Assembly: GCA_022813865.1 (NCBI GenBank)
Contig: JALDZX010000097.1
Location: 1-44,223, forward strand
Reading direction: 5' to 3'
DNA: 44,223 nt
DNA from: Xylographa opegraphella
Lineage: Eukaryota
This document shows, in pieces, positions 11,134-25,067 of the stretch (within the stretch, counting starts at the first letter, position 1; each line of letters begins with the position of its first letter). The position numbers and the translations under genes were made by a program. Below the pieces are notes generated by a model. The model made no database searches. It was not told where the DNA came from and worked only from the letters and a program-made list of their open reading frames with translations.

Positions 11134-14100
11134 TCAGCCCGACACGGCCTCCGCGCGCCGCTGTGCATCCATGAGCCAGGCCCCCCGCCCCCCCGCCTCC
11201 GGCTCGACGCCCACCGTCGTGCTGCCCCGGTTGGCCACCACCAGCACCGACCGTCCGTGGCTGCGGTAATCCACCTCGCCCGTCACGCCGATGGCCTCCG
11301 GCGGCCTCTCGAAGCCCTGGATGTCGAGGCTGGGGTACGGCAGGTGCCCGGCCCGCTGTGGGATCAGGAGGACCGGGAAGGTGAGCACTTCGTCTTCCTG
11401 TCTCTCTCTCGTTAGCCACCCCCGTCCTCCGCCCCTCGAGCCCTTCCGCATCCGACTTACTCGGGCCGAAAACTGTGCCTTGCGCCGTCCGCCAATCAGC
11501 CAGCTCTCGGGGCTGGCGTCGAGCTCGTAGTGGAACTCCAGCTGCCCCGGCTCCGGGCCCGACCCCGCCTCCGTCCGCACCTGCCACCGCCGGCTATGCT
11601 GAAGCTCAAGCTGCGCCGGAATGCAGTGGCCGACCGCCACGCTCCCGCTCGCCCCGTCCAGCTCGTGCGCCCCCGCAAGCATCCGGAGCCGGGCCGTGTG
11701 GACGACGTGCGTGTGTGGCACGTCCACCGGAATGGTGATCGTCCGGCCTTGTCCTTCGTCGAATGTCTGCGGGATCTCGATCACGGCGTTATCCTGGCAC
11801 CAGTGGGTCAGCGATGATTCATCCTGCAGAATGGGAACGTCGGACTTGACTCCATCGCGAGAGCCACGGTAGAAGCTGCCCTTGCCTGCCGAGCGGCAAC
11901 GCGGTCACGATCTGCTCCCAGTGGAAGTTCTGGAACACGCTCATCTCTACTTCACGGAGCAATCCCATGAGCTCGAGGTTCTCCTGCGCGAGCGTGGTGC
12001 GGATGTTGGTCGAAAGCCACTGCCGCAGAGGTCGAGATAAGTCCTCAAAATCGCTGTTTCTCAACGCGTCGCTGAAGCGAGCAAGGATCGCGGCCAGGAT
12101 TTCTTCGTCTAAGCAGAGATATTGGATCCGCATCGAGAGTCTCGTCTGAAGCGTGTCTGTCCCTCGTCCGATGCGTCGTTTGGGAGTGATTTTGCACACC
12201 ATGGAAGCCGGCTGCCGCGGAAAGACGCAGATGTCAGCCGTCGGCATTCGTGGCGACGACGCTTCAAAATCTTCACTTCCTTCAATTTGACATTTCAGTA
12301 AGCGGAGCGGAACCGAGGTCGAAGTGCTGATAGAGAACTTCGAGAACAAGGCGTGTTGTTTGAAGACATCGTGTACATTGACACCAAGAGGCAGTAGCAC
12401 CGGTAGTGTGTGACTATCCCCATATACAAACGTTCCATCTGCCGTCGTATACCTAACCTCGGTCCGCAAACCGATCTCTCTCATCTCGTTGTCTAGCCGA
12501 TACGGTATCCTGATCTTGATGGACGTATGCGCAGGAATTCCTTCAAAACAGATGTTTCCTGCCTGGGACCGATCCAAGGTCCTACCACCGGCATCCATCA
12601 GCTCAGCGTTCGCGGTATGAAGTCTCAGCCCCCCGGAAGCAGCTCGGACCAGTAGCATTCCGCCTGAGATCGTATTATCACCACTGGAGATCTCACACAT
12701 AACCGACCGGGATTCGTCGAGGTGAATGTGCGGGTACAACGAAGCCCGCACTTCGAGTGACCCCTGCCGAGGCCATACGAAAATACGTGCACCTGGTGCG
12801 ACAAGTCCGTCCGAGGAAGTGGATGTTCGTGAGCCAGCAAAGAATTTGCTGCCGTCCGCGGGTGGAATTCGGTGCGTAAAGAGTAGATTATCGACTTGCA
12901 CAGTGATTTGGTCGAGTAGATACCAGTCGGGTACCATCGTCTGGAAACTATCAGTAACTTCTCAGGCTGAACTGTCTGGACATACGCACGTTTGAGACCA
13001 GGAAAGTCGTCAGTAGGCCCTTGTCCACTTTCATCGTCTCTTCCGAAGAGAGCCATATCTCTCGGGTCTGTCCTTCCGTAGCACTGATAACTCGGGCTTC
13101 AATTTTCAGAATCTCCAGCGGAGCTGGCAGGAGGTATTGCAGACTGAGCGGTATTTGGAACCCGTCTTTGCTGCCAAAGTGAATAAGTGACGAGTCGAGC
13201 CGAATGTCGGAGAAATAGTTCCTCATGGCGGCTGATACAGGCTCGTCCTGACTCTTTGACGCGTGCAATAAGTCCTTCAAGTACGTGGAAGCATCTATTG
13301 CATTTTGGCTTCGTACCGATCCGCTACCGTCTAGTCCCACTGGTATCTTGAGTCTCGGGAGATGCCGACTTCTCTGCACAATCGCAGTGAGCATCTTCAG
13401 GACAATAGCAATGTAATCGTCTCGTCGACCTAACTTCTTGAAACACTTTGCACATATATCGAGAATGGAGATCTCGAGTTCAGACCAGTCGTTCTCTGCA
13501 TAGAAGGATGCCAGTTGTTGAAAATGGACGATGGCAGCGGTATAGTCTTCCAGAATGCTTGTTTAATCAGCGCTGCATGTCAATAATAAATGTATATTAC
13601 TTACTATCTAACAAGAGCCAAATCCGCGGTCATTGCTTCGGCAGACCTCCGATCGTCCGATAGTTTATAGTGCCTGCATGCTGTGGCCGTGATGTCCTGA
13701 GCATTGTCAGAGACTTTCTTTGGGATCTATGATAGGGAATATACTTCATATGCATTCAGGAAATTGAGCCGCGACACAAGTACACCCGACAAAATGCTGC
13801 TGTGGATGCCAGATTTGGTTGATGATCTGATGCTTGGGGCTGCGATACCTGTACTTGTTGCATCTTGTCGAGTCCGAGGAGTATCATTCAGGGAGATTTC
13901 GTCCATATTCTCGTCCTGTTCAGCTATATCTCCCGTTGAGTCAGGCCACACAATGTCCCAACCTTGTCGTCTTCCCATACTAGTCAATGCACGTCTTGCA
14001 ACAATAAAAAGTTCTGCTCTTTGAGCTGCGAGAACGTACAAGCCCGTTTGTGTTTCATTTTGAAGAGGCGAGGGCTGAGGGTGAGTGACATCTTCAGTAA

Positions 14101-15905
14101 ATCCATCATAGCTAGGCGAAGAATTATTAGAGGGCGGGTGGCTAAGTAAGGAAGAAGTGCGTGTAGGAGGTCTCGCTAGTGCGCTTGGTCTGCCTTTGGA
14201 TATATTCTGTTTCACATTTCGGGACGGGGGACTGGCCGGACTGTTAAGCGGATTTTGCATTGTCGACTCAAGCTGAAGCATTAATGAGGCAGGTGCTGTT
14301 CCGGGAAGGATTTGCTGACATGAACCATATGTCCACGATGCCACTAGATTTTCGAATACGTTGTAACGTAGTGCCAAGTGAGCTTCTTCGGCATCTTCTT
14401 GTGATTGGATTGAGGCTCGAAGGTCTTCACGGATAGAGCGCCCAGCAGATGTAATGAACTTCAGAGACCGCCGAACCATTTCTGCCAAAACTATCATATC
14501 ATCCTGATCTCGGCCTCCTAAAATACTGTCAGATGATGCGTAAGATAGCTGAATAAGATGTTGGGAGTCACCTGTAGTACTGCCTGCGGTTGGCGGGAGT
14601 CGTGCGATGCGGGATAGTAATGATATTTGTCTGGCAAATACATAACTTTCGAACTCAAAAGCGGAGATATTGTTAGCTAGTATCAGTTCACGATATGGCT
14701 TCCTCTCGGTGTCGAGGAGAAGGGTGGTAGATACTTGTACATTCTTAGAATCCACAAAAGCCTCCCGTGCTATAGCCATGGCATGTTCTGCTTGGTCCCG
14801 CAGCTCCTGCGTATAGCCTCGGAACAGAGTCGCCTCTTCTCCGGTAGAGCTTTTCTGTCTTTCGTCTTCGATCGCAGTATACAATTCTACCGCCAGTTCA
14901 TCGTAGCCCATCAGAGCGTCTTCGACAAGACCCACGCTTTCAAATCCTCTCGACAAACCTTCCTTCAGTACAAAGAAAGTACAAAAGTTCCAGCCAGGCA
15001 AGCTTCGCTGAGCACTCTTGGCCTTAATGTCTTCTTCATATTGTCGGACGCGCAGATCAAAGGACGTCAGTATCAGCGCCTTCACTTTCGAGAGTAGATC
15101 TTCCCAAGCTCGATTCGACTCCCTGAGAAATTGGTCGCGTGCAGCCCCGGAAGGGATGGGATTAACAGTAATGCCTTGAACCTGTAAACTTTTCGTCGCC
15201 GGTATTTGGGCAACCCGGTCGATGGCGGATTTGGTTGAGCCATTGAAATCAGCACGTATCTTGTCCAGCACACTCAGTGACGCTCGGTTGGGCCATATCG
15301 AGTTGTTCTGGACATCAGGAAGGACAACGTGAACGATCATCCACTCAAACGCATCGTGGTTTTCCTGACTGTTGACGGATGTGCTGTTCTGCGATGGCGG
15401 GGTGTGCGTCTTGATCCATTCTCTCAAAACTTTGCGTGAAGACCCTTTATAGGTTTCGCTGTCATCGCAGCGAAGAAAAAACAACTTGAGATACGAGGTC
15501 TGCCTGAGTCCAGGTATCTGATGCCTCCTTTCCTTCTTCGATATGGAAGGCTCTGACCCCCGCCGCAGATCCGAACTCTCTCGGACGGCGATACCCGCCT
15601 CGTAAGCTCCTGGCAGTCCTGCGGAAGATGCAGCACGCTTCTGAGACTGCGGTACGCTGTACTCATCGGGACCGAGCTCAACATAAAGCGAGTCTATCGA
15701 TCGTAGTGGACGCGAAGACGAGTTCCAGTGCAAGTTCCGCAGAGGTAGCCGAGACTCTAACTCGCTGGCGACCAGTGGGTATATCCCAGATGGATCGGTG
15801 TACTCCACTGGATCACACGGTATCAACGAAGATCCAGACGGGAAGCTTTGTATTCATACCTTTGACTCTATTCGAGCTCGAGCTCGAATTGGAGAGAATA
15901 TCCAT
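11134..15905 (-). CDS. trs130: TRAPPII complex subunit Trs130 (TRAPPC10/TMEM1 family), ~7 exons
   Basis: Spliced N-terminus MDILSNSSSSSNRVK|VEYTDPSGIYP; LPLRNLHW, ERRHQIPGL, RSLPGWNFCTFFVLKEGL, FESVGLVEDAL; C-terminal LPLGVNVHDVFK, WLIGGRRK, AGHLPYPSL. Introns near 15859, 13745, 13604, 12990, 11847 and 11460. Confidence 0.92.
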
Positions 15906-16366
15906 GCCTGTCCTGAATCTTCGTGGTACATGTGTTGGAACATCATGTATTTTACAACAACAGCATTTTATACGTGATGGCCGCTTTCATATATCACCAT
16001 ACTATGCTTAATTTGACCGACGGGACAGTGCGATGTAAAACGTAGAATAATTCCGATCGTGAGAGTCGCCAACTCTCGCTTAGGTCCTAGATATCTATCT
16101 GCCACGACTAGACCTGGAATAGGACCTGGAATATTTGCACACGAGGGATACACCAGGAAACGGAGGAAAGAGAACCACAATTTATCTGCAGACTGATTTT
16201 TGGTGACATTGTACATATCTAACAATGTGAAGATTCTCTGAAGCAGCCAAACTATGCCATATCTGAACGACGTGCCTGTGACGGCCGATACGTGGCGATC
16301 TACTGAATTGGCTACTGTAGACGGACGCACATTGCCGCTGAATGAGGCTTCTATTTCAGACCTCGA

Positions 16367-17698
16367 TCAAGCTTGGATATCCGTTGTGGGTAGGGTGTCA
16401 TCCTGTACTGCCTCGTCCACCCACTGCCATGCCAGTAATTTCCAATTGAGCTCCGGAAGCCACCACAGTCCATACCCCAGTCCAGGCCGAATTTCAGCGG
16501 TAAGACCTCCAGTTCGAGGCATGCGCGTCGCGAAAACAATTCTGCCGAAGCGAGAGTGCAGAATCGCCATGGAGCACATCACGCATGGCTCATGAGTCAC
16601 ATATATATCAAGCTCGGTGCATAGATAGCCTCCGGCTTTAAGGATACCGCCTGAAAAGACCATTTGTTCCGTAGGAGTGGAGGGGAAATCAAGGGAAGCA
16701 TTTCTCAAATCGTTCTCCTCTATACCAAGCAGTTCCCTCCTCTTTCTGGCAACCATACCGATAGCCCTCATCACGGCATGAGCCATAACATTGCCACTGC
16801 CCTGTTCCGAAATGCTTCCTGTTTCACCCCAACGAGCATCACCAGCCGCAACAACAGCCACAGGCACTTCATCCGTACTGGGATCCACGATAACAGCACC
16901 AATGCACTCTCCAGTTGAGCCTTGTAATGCTTCCCGACTTACTTTCCTGGCCATGTTCATCCAGTCAGCAGCCAGTGGTCGCAGTGCTTCTTCGGCTCGC
17001 GACACAATACTAGGATGAGGGCCATATGGATTGTGCTTCCTATACACAGTGGGCCAATAGTCCCGGCTCCACTGTAAGGCCTGTTCCTCTGAAGTCGGTG
17101 CTTGAGCTGGGACCGGAATCGTGTAGGTGCCATGGTTAGAATCTAACCCTGTTGGCAACGTCGATATCAGAACCTTTAGAACTTGTTCATATGACAAGGT
17201 AGTGGCCGCACATATCAAAAGGTACAGATATGGAGCTTCCTTTGAGGACGGTTTCTCAGCATAGCCAGTGAAGCCGTGACTGGGAAGGTCTGCTTCATGA
17301 TCGTTAAAAAGGCGTTCCAGGCGGCGCTGCGTAGGTATTGGCAAGGAAGTCGTTTTGGCAAAGCGTCGCAGATGTTGTAGAGTCACGGTTGTATTTGTCG
17401 GCTGAGGTAAAGCATCATCGATGGCCCTTTACGACTGTCAACCTCATGTGGAGATGGCCAGAATGGTGTGTCCCGCACACCTGAGAAGAGTGTTGGCAGA
17501 CTTCTGCGCGACTTGAACGACGTGTGCATGAGTAAGCTCTACGACGACTTGTGCTTCAGCTTTGGTGCGGAGGACAACCAGACGACCGGTGCTGTTCGAG
17601 CATGCAGCGCTACGGGCATGTAGATCAACGTCGATCTCCTGTGGACCCGATTGAAGGGGCATGACGATCCGGGGAAGCGGCACATGAAGACTGACCAT
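16367..17698 (-). CDS. tad3: tRNA-specific adenosine-34 deaminase non-catalytic subunit Tad3 (ADAT3), 2 exons
   Basis: LQHLRRF, W..YWPTVY, HAVMRAI (HxE with Glu replaced by Val, diagnostic of Tad3), YLC, THEPCVMCSMAILHSRF, LNWK. Intron ~17480-17428; start at ATG 17698 or 17662. Confidence 0.92.
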
Positions 17699-17904
17699 CT
17701 ACTTTATGTACAGGATGTAAAGGTGGATACGCTTAGCACGGAAGCGCCAGAAAGTGACAGCGGGGCGAGGTGCGGGTTGTGTCAGTACAGCATCATCAGT
17801 CACTCGGCTTCAAAACCAACTCTAGGAGATTGGCTTCGTGAAACCCTCTGTAGAATGATCGTGAAACGCAACAGTCTGGAAGTAAACTACTGATTCAACA
17901 CGCA

Positions 17905-18950
17905 ATGCCTCCCCCGGACGCGGATCTTTACCCGACGGCGACAGGACTCGCCAAAGCCACAGTAGACAAGCACAGCTCCAAGGAGCCGTTGGTGCTCTAC
18001 TCCGGATGGTTCTGCCCGTACGTGCCATCGTCGTAGAAGGTGGCTCATCGTTGATTGCGCTGACCGTGTATACAGCTTCGGTATCTAATCCTTATTTCAT
18101 CACTTGTGGTAGTACTGACATGGGGTCTAGTTCAGCGGGCGTGGACAGTGCTCGAAGAAAAAGGGATCCCGTATCAATACGTCGAGGTACGTTCTGCAAC
18201 ATCATGCGCCATTGGCGAAAGTAAGGAAATCACCAAACAATGTCAAACAGGTCAATCCCTACCACAAGCCTGAGAGTCTGATGAAGCTCAACCCAAGAGG
18301 ACTGGTCCCCACGCTCCAATATGACAACAAACCATTGTACGAGAGTACCGTTATCGGAGAATTCTTAGAAGATGCCTATCCGGATCATGGATCCAGACTT
18401 TTGCCGTCCGACCCATATCGACGCGCCACCTCAAGAATATGGACCGACTTTGTAAGTACAAGAGTGATACCGAGCTTCCAGCGCTTTCTCCAATTCCAGT
18501 CCAATGAATCGAACGGATCGTTCGAGCAGGTTCGTGATGAGTTCCTCAATACTCTGAAAGACTTCACGAAAGCAATGGATAAAGACGGACCGTACTTCGA
18601 AGGGGAAAACCCCGCGTTAGTCGACTTCAACATGGCCCCCTTTGCCCTTCGCCTTTGGGTCTTCGACCATTTCAAAGGGGGTGCTGGCGTGCCAGCCGAG
18701 GGCCAAGGCGGAGATAGCGAGGAAATCTGGTCCCGGTGGAGGAAGTGGCTGTCGGCCATGGCGAACCGGAGAAGCATCAAGGAAACCACGAGTGAAAGAG
18801 AACACTACGTACCTATCTACCAACGATAGTCAGTAGCCTTTTTTCCCTATTTCTGTGTTATACTAACAAGCTTCTCTACTCTATAGTGCAGACAATACCG
18901 CGCAGAGCGAGCTTGCCAAGGCAACCAGGGGAGGGAAAGGAGTGCCTTGA
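17905..18950 (+). CDS. Glutathione S-transferase with active-site Cys (omega-like CPF motif), 5 exons including a 5-nt micro-exon
   Basis: LYSGWFCPFVQRAWTVLEEKGIPYQYVEVNPYHKP, NPRGLVPTL, YESTVI. Exons 17905-18017, 18076-18080, 18131-18186, 18251-18828, 18887-18950. Confidence 0.93.
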
Positions 18951-20129
18951 CTCAATAGAGCCTGTATCATTTCAAGGCTACATAGAACGAATCCATGCAT
19001 GTGCACAGGTACCATGATAGTGCTTAAAGTGATGGATCGAGCATCGACGTTTGACGCGTGAAGGCGATTGCTACAAGCATATACGGCTTGCACATTTCAA
19101 TGAAGATGAAAGTACTGTCGTTCACCAAACAAAGCTATACTCCTTCAATGCGAATTGTCGTCTTGTAAACGGAATGCAACGTGCAGCAATGAAAGACCTT
19201 CAGTCTGGAGGAAAGCGAAGAGACCAAATATGGAGCAAGCATGTACTCCAAGCTTAATTTCGACAAGAGTATCGGAGAACCGGCAATAGCCCGTGGCGCA
19301 AGCAGAACATCCAATGAACAGTAGAGGAAATGACGACGATCGGCAGTGTGTAGACGGTGTGGCCGTTGCATGGAGCTAGAAGAGTTTTTGTTCAATTACC
19401 TAAGGTAGCTGTAGACAAGCAAGCTCACGCTGTGCTACTGCATAGATGGCCCGGCGTGAAACCCTACCTGACCTATAGACCTGTGTGGAGATGAGAGAAG
19501 GGAGGCGGTATTTCTCCTGCGTGACTTATCCTACACAGGTGTATCGCATCTGTAGCAGGAGGCGTGCCAAATGTCGACTTGTAAAGGATACCGGAGGTCT
19601 TCATAGCCCATGACCTGTACACTCCTCGTGCTATCTGCTGCCGCACAAGAGGATGCGTGACAAGACCGAGGACGGACGGAAGAATGATGGAGGGAGGGAG
19701 GCTCGGAGGGAACAAGAGGATGAAGGCCTTGGCGGTCGTGTTATCGGCGCGTGCAGGGATTATCTCCGGGGGGTCTTGGCGGCCCGTCTTAGCGCTTTGC
19801 GGAGTCGAAGGCTCTCCTCCTCTTCCAGAACCACGAACGGTTGCGGACGTCGTCAACCCAGCGAAATTCACGTGGCCCACCAGACGATATGTCCAGCGTG
19901 GCTCCGTGCCAACTGCGGTAGCTGGGGCTGTCGTCTTCGGTCTGCTATCCACTCTCGCATTGCTACAGACCGCTTTATCGAAGACGTCCTCGATCAACCG
20001 GCCACAGTTTGCTAAATAGGCACCGACCATATGCGCCCCAGCTCTATCGCTTGCAGCTCGCTGCACTAGAAATTTCAAACGACAGTACGTACCTGGGTAC
20101 TTCACATCTCCGAATTGCGATCGTCCAAC

Positions 20130-23100
20130 ATGAACTCAACATCCGACCCATTTCCCCCATCGTTGCCTCGCCTCGACTCTCCCCCACTTTTCGACGCCGA
20201 CATGGTGGATACGACACCGAATGAGCAGCTCTACTTCGGCAGAGCACTTTCGCAGGATTCTCCTGGGCGCTTCTTCAATGACGACGGTCTTGCTGCCTCC
20301 CCTTTCCAATCCCCGGCTCCTAAGTGGGCTCCAAATCCCACGCCCAAAGGCGCGAGTGTAACGACTGGGAATAATCTTTCAGGCTCGCCAGAGAGCTCAT
20401 TGCAAGATTCGTCTTCGGATTCGTCAAGGCGACACAAGCGCAGATCATCCTCGAAGTCCTCGCTGTCCGCGCTGACGGGTCATGACAAAGTCAGGACCGA
20501 TACCCGGTCAAGCGCATGGAAGAATGACGATATCATGGTTATAACCCCAGAGCCAATATTTGACTTCACTGGTCCTGCTGCTCCTGTTTACAATGGCTAC
20601 GAGTTTAGCAACCGTGCAATGGAGACCGACTTTGACTTTGAAAGCGCGGCAAGCAGTCCAAGTCCCGCGATCAGCAGTAGCACGCCTGTCCACCATACAG
20701 CTAGGCATATTGCAATACCGTACCGTAACTCTCCCAGTTCTGCCGCAAGTCTCGTTCCGAATTGCTACGGCAGTCCGCTTCAGGTCAGTGCATGCTAGAA
20801 TTCGTAAGCAATGAACTTGGACTAACTTGGTTTCGATTCGTGACAGGACATGGAAGTAGCATCTCCAGTATCTACTGTCATTAAGAACGAATCTCAACCC
20901 CCGAAGCTTCAGCATTCGGAGCCTTCGCCTGCAAGCTCCAACGAGGAATATATTGGTGGAGCTATGGTCGACGGGATGGAGCAGCTTTCAACTTGGCCCT
21001 ATGAAAGTCGGGCTCCGCCTACTATCTTTCAAGTATCTTCACAATTTTCGGGCGCTTTGGAACACGGCACTACCAGCTCCGTCATGTCTCCAAGGGAATT
21101 TAATATTTCATGCAATAAACCCGCAACTCATCCCACACTCGTGATACATCCCACACCTCACAAATCCCGCGTTGAGACACAGATACCAATCAAGATGATC
21201 CTCTGTCCCGTACCGCAAAGTATCACGAAATTGCATCTGCCGCCGCATACAATTTCTAAACCAAAGCTATTGGCGAAGGATCAGTTACCAAAAGCGCCCG
21301 ATATGCTCGAGCTATATACGATGCTTGTTTGCACTAGCGCTATGCAAGATCCAGCGAAGATGAGACGTGCATTCGCTCGCGCGGCGCGGGGCTCAGTCGA
21401 GGTGAAGAAGCCGATGCCCCGGCGGTCATCGTCTGGGGATACGGCTGCCATTCTCGATGAGGAGGATCAGCCACTGAACGGCGGTCCAGTGCAGATATGC
21501 GAAGGATGTATTCTTCGCGAGCGGAAACGAGCAGCCAGGAAGAAATCAAAGAAACCTGAAGAGGAGGAACCATGGCTAAAGGATGAAGCGAAAAGAATTA
21601 TTGTATTCAACACTTCGGAAGTCAAAGAATGGCAGATTCCCTTCGACAGCAATGATCCGAGTGGTTCAAACGATGGAGGACAGCAGGCTCCATCAACGAC
21701 ATTGGAAAATGCCAAGCAAATCGATGTGCCAATGCGTATTGCTTGCTACTGCCGTCACCAAAATGAGAAGCTCGGTTTCCAGTAAGTCCTGTTTTTCGAG
21801 GAACCTTAAAAAGATGCCGCTGATCTCATTATTAGAGTGATCTTTACTCTCAAAGATCACGAGGATAACTTAGTCGCACAAGCCATAACCAATCCTATCG
21901 TCATCACTGACGACCACAAGACTCATATCCCACCAGCTACACTACCGCTGCCTGGTGCAATGTTCCCTGAACACCCGGCCCTGCCAGGGGGAGGCATGTT
22001 TGGTCGAGAACCTTTGGAGAACTACGGTGCTCCCCTGTTTCGGAATGCTCATTCTACGACGGACCTTCAAAACATGCAACACAATCCTCAATTTTTACCT
22101 CAAACTGTGACTCCTTATGCTATCCCGCAGAACCAGTCTCAGCCTGCGGGGACAAATCGTCCTCCTCGAAGTCTGTCACGTCAAGCATCGCCATCTTCTC
22201 AACCGGGTCCGATGCATAAAAAACGTAAGGCTAGCGGGTCTGGTAAAATCCCCCATGGCCTTACGATGACAAGGATTCAGAACGCGGCAGGACCAAGTGT
22301 ACCAAGCCAGTGCTGGACAACCACGGCTTCTTCAAATCCTGTCTCACCTGCGATTATACCCCCTTATGCGCCTAGCTTCTCGTCGTATAGTAATGGATAT
22401 GAGCGCTCATACGCTCCTGCTCCATCCTCAAGACCCTTGCAGCTTAATACAGGCCCTCCTACTCCCAATAGCAGTGACCAGGGATTCTTCTCCACTGCGA
22501 ATAGGTCGCAGAGTCTCGAAAACCTCTCAGCAGTCCAGCAGATGTTCTCTGCTCCGAACTCTGCACGTCCAAGCAGAGCAGCGAGCCCTGTCCCCAACCA
22601 CCCAGTTGCCAACGTGATATCTTCCACCCACGCAACGGCTTCGTCGAACGTAATGCCAGGGCCTGCAAACGTGGTTAGCCCACAACGGCCGCCGACCATA
22701 CATAAGCTCATTCCAAACGAAGGTAGCAAGGCCGGTGGGATCGAGGTTACCTGTCTCGGCAGCGGCTTTCGGCAGGGGCTGGAGGTCATGTTTGGAGATT
22801 CGCTTGCCACAACAACCACTTACTGGGGCGAAACATCCATTGTCTGTCTTCTGCCGCCGGCTGTTCGGGCTGGAATTGTCGCAGTCACTTTCAAGCATCA
22901 GCATCAGCATCAGCAGCATATGCAATACGCAAGATACCCTTCGCCTCCTATCCCAAAACAGCAGGTGTTCTTCAAGTATATCGATGATGATGAGCAGGAG
23001 CTTGTCCGACATGCACTGCTTCTTGTCCATCAAAAGATGACAGGGACAATCGAAGACGTTGGCGAGATTGCTCGAAGGATCATAAATGCGCAACCTCATA

Positions 23101-24569
23101 GCGCTGGCTCTTGGGGGCGCAATGGACAGCAAGGAGGAGAAAATGGACGCCCAGCAACAAGTCTGCAGACTTCTCTCGCAGGCACCGCAGATACTGAAAG
23201 TGCTGTCCTGAAATGCCTTGATCTCATTGATCTCGACGATAGCCCTTTCCAGGCACGTTTAAACCTCAGGCGACCGAATGGGCAAAGTATACTGCATCTG
23301 AGTGCTTCACTTGGCTACCATCGTTTAGTTGCAGGCTTACTGGCAAGGGGGGCGAATCCGGATTTGCGAGATCGAAATGGTATGTCGCCTATGCATATGG
23401 CTGCTTTACGCGGACATTCGCCAATCGTCCGCCGTTTACGATTAGCTGGTGGTGATCCTACCCTGCGTAGCTTGCGCGGCTACACCCCTGCAGACATGGC
23501 CAGTTCACCGATTGTGCTCGACGCAATCCAAGCCATGCAATATCATGCTCGGTCGCAGAGTGCAGGTGCAAGCACAGTATCCTTGCGTAGTCAAGCCAGC
23601 AGTACTACTTCACTAAGGTCATTATGGGAGCCGACTCCAACTGGCTGTTCCTGCAATCTAGAGGAATCTTCTTTTGATGATAGTGATGACGGAATTGCTG
23701 ATGAGGTAGTGCCGAGCCTGTCTGGTTCCCGGGGAAGACGAACACCAGGGCAGGCATGGGCGCGATCAAGACGCAATAGCACGATAATGGAGCGGAGTCC
23801 AGTTGAGCAAGGAGCGCTTCCGCCACTCGTAGAACCACCTGGATTATTGTTCCCAGCGGCAGCCATCGCAGCATGGAGAGATCAGCTGGCCGCTCAGATA
23901 CAGCACTTCCATCAAAGTGTCAACTGGACCTTACCCAATCTCCAAATACCAACTCTACCCCCAATGCCGAATCTCCCTGACTATCGGTCCGACGCGATGG
24001 TGCGACGATTTAGCTCTTTAGTCCCTCAACGAAGCTCCCGCTCCAGTACATCTGCAGAGGGACACGTCAACAAAGAAAGTGACTACCGATGGTGGGAGCT
24101 ATTGACCGGCCCGGCATCATCGCCTCCTTCATATGAAGAAATATATCCTGCCACTGCCCAAGGTGCCCTTGACACTAAGATCTCGTCCGCTGCCCGAGCC
24201 ACATTGGATGCTCTTGCTGATCAGAAATACGATACACTGCCAGCGTCTGTTTCAAACTCCAAACCTGTGGAACTGGCAGGTGGCAAGCGAGATCCCACAT
24301 CACAGCATGACGACCAGTTGAGAGATGCTCACGAACGGAAGATCAAGCGACTCCGAAGCGATAGGAACCTGTTCTTTATATGGGTGAGTAGTCTCCATTC
24401 TGAGAACTGCTTGAGGTTCTCCCAGGCTAACCGTCCACAGATTCCACTCCTCCTGTTTGTCGTAATGGCAATGCTCAAGGACCGGGTCCCACAGGTCTGG
24501 CGCGGTGCGCAGCAAGTAACTGCTTTCGTGCGGCACCGGTATGGAGAGCGACCTGTTGAGGTCCTGTGA
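20130..24569 (+). CDS. spt23: Spt23/Mga2-family ER-membrane-bound transcription factor (IPT/TIG, ankyrin repeats, C-terminal TM), 4 exons
   Basis: KSRVETQIPI, LHLPPHTISKPKLL, CILRERKRAARKK, RIACYCRHQNEK, ITDDHKT; IPT domain (IHKLIPNEG..GGIEVTCLG); ankyrin repeats; PPSY motif; DRNLFFIWIPLLLFVV anchor. Introns 20784-20846, ~21783-21836, 24384-24440. Confidence 0.93.
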
Positions 24570-25067
24570 ATCGTCCGTGTACATTGTTTTCTGATCATTG
24601 GAAGGGTTGGTAGCGAGGTTGCGTCTTCTTTAGCGATGGTGCCTGCCTGGAGCGTTGTTATTGGCACTTTGCCCTTCGAAAAAAGCTTGCGAGCGTGCTT
24701 GCCTTTGTCGGGGAACGAAGCACGGGCTATGTATTGATGACAAACGACGATTTTGTATTATAATCAAGCTTCGTGCTATTGATTTTGAAGCGGGAGCGAA
24801 AATATTTCTCGATCGTGAATATTGAGAAGGTTGCCATGGCCCATGTTTCCCTGCTCATATCACTGTGAATGCTGAAATTGTTTCATGATTCTATTCAATG
24901 CTCACGACTATGCCGCTTCGTGGCACATGCCAGGAACGACCAGGGCAGTCCCACGACTGCGCTGCAATTTCCCGAATCGAGGGGGCCAGGTTACAATACA
25001 GCTATCGCGCGCCACATGACCTCGTCCAGCACTGACAAAAGCACGAGAAAAACGGCACAGAGTGTCG

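Noticed and set aside
11398..11460. In-frame, stop-free 63-nt last intron of trs130
   Set aside because: Expected by chance in GC-rich sequence, with no evident functional consequence.
16367..17698. Functional link between tad3 and the secreted deaminase-like gene
   Set aside because: tad3 is a universal housekeeping gene 26 kb away, and the two proteins show no visible sequence similarity.
19473..20105. 210-aa minus-strand ORF and overlapping 120-aa plus-strand ORFs upstream of spt23
   Set aside because: No domain signal; most likely promoter or 5'UTR sequence. A uORF role cannot be judged without the TSS.
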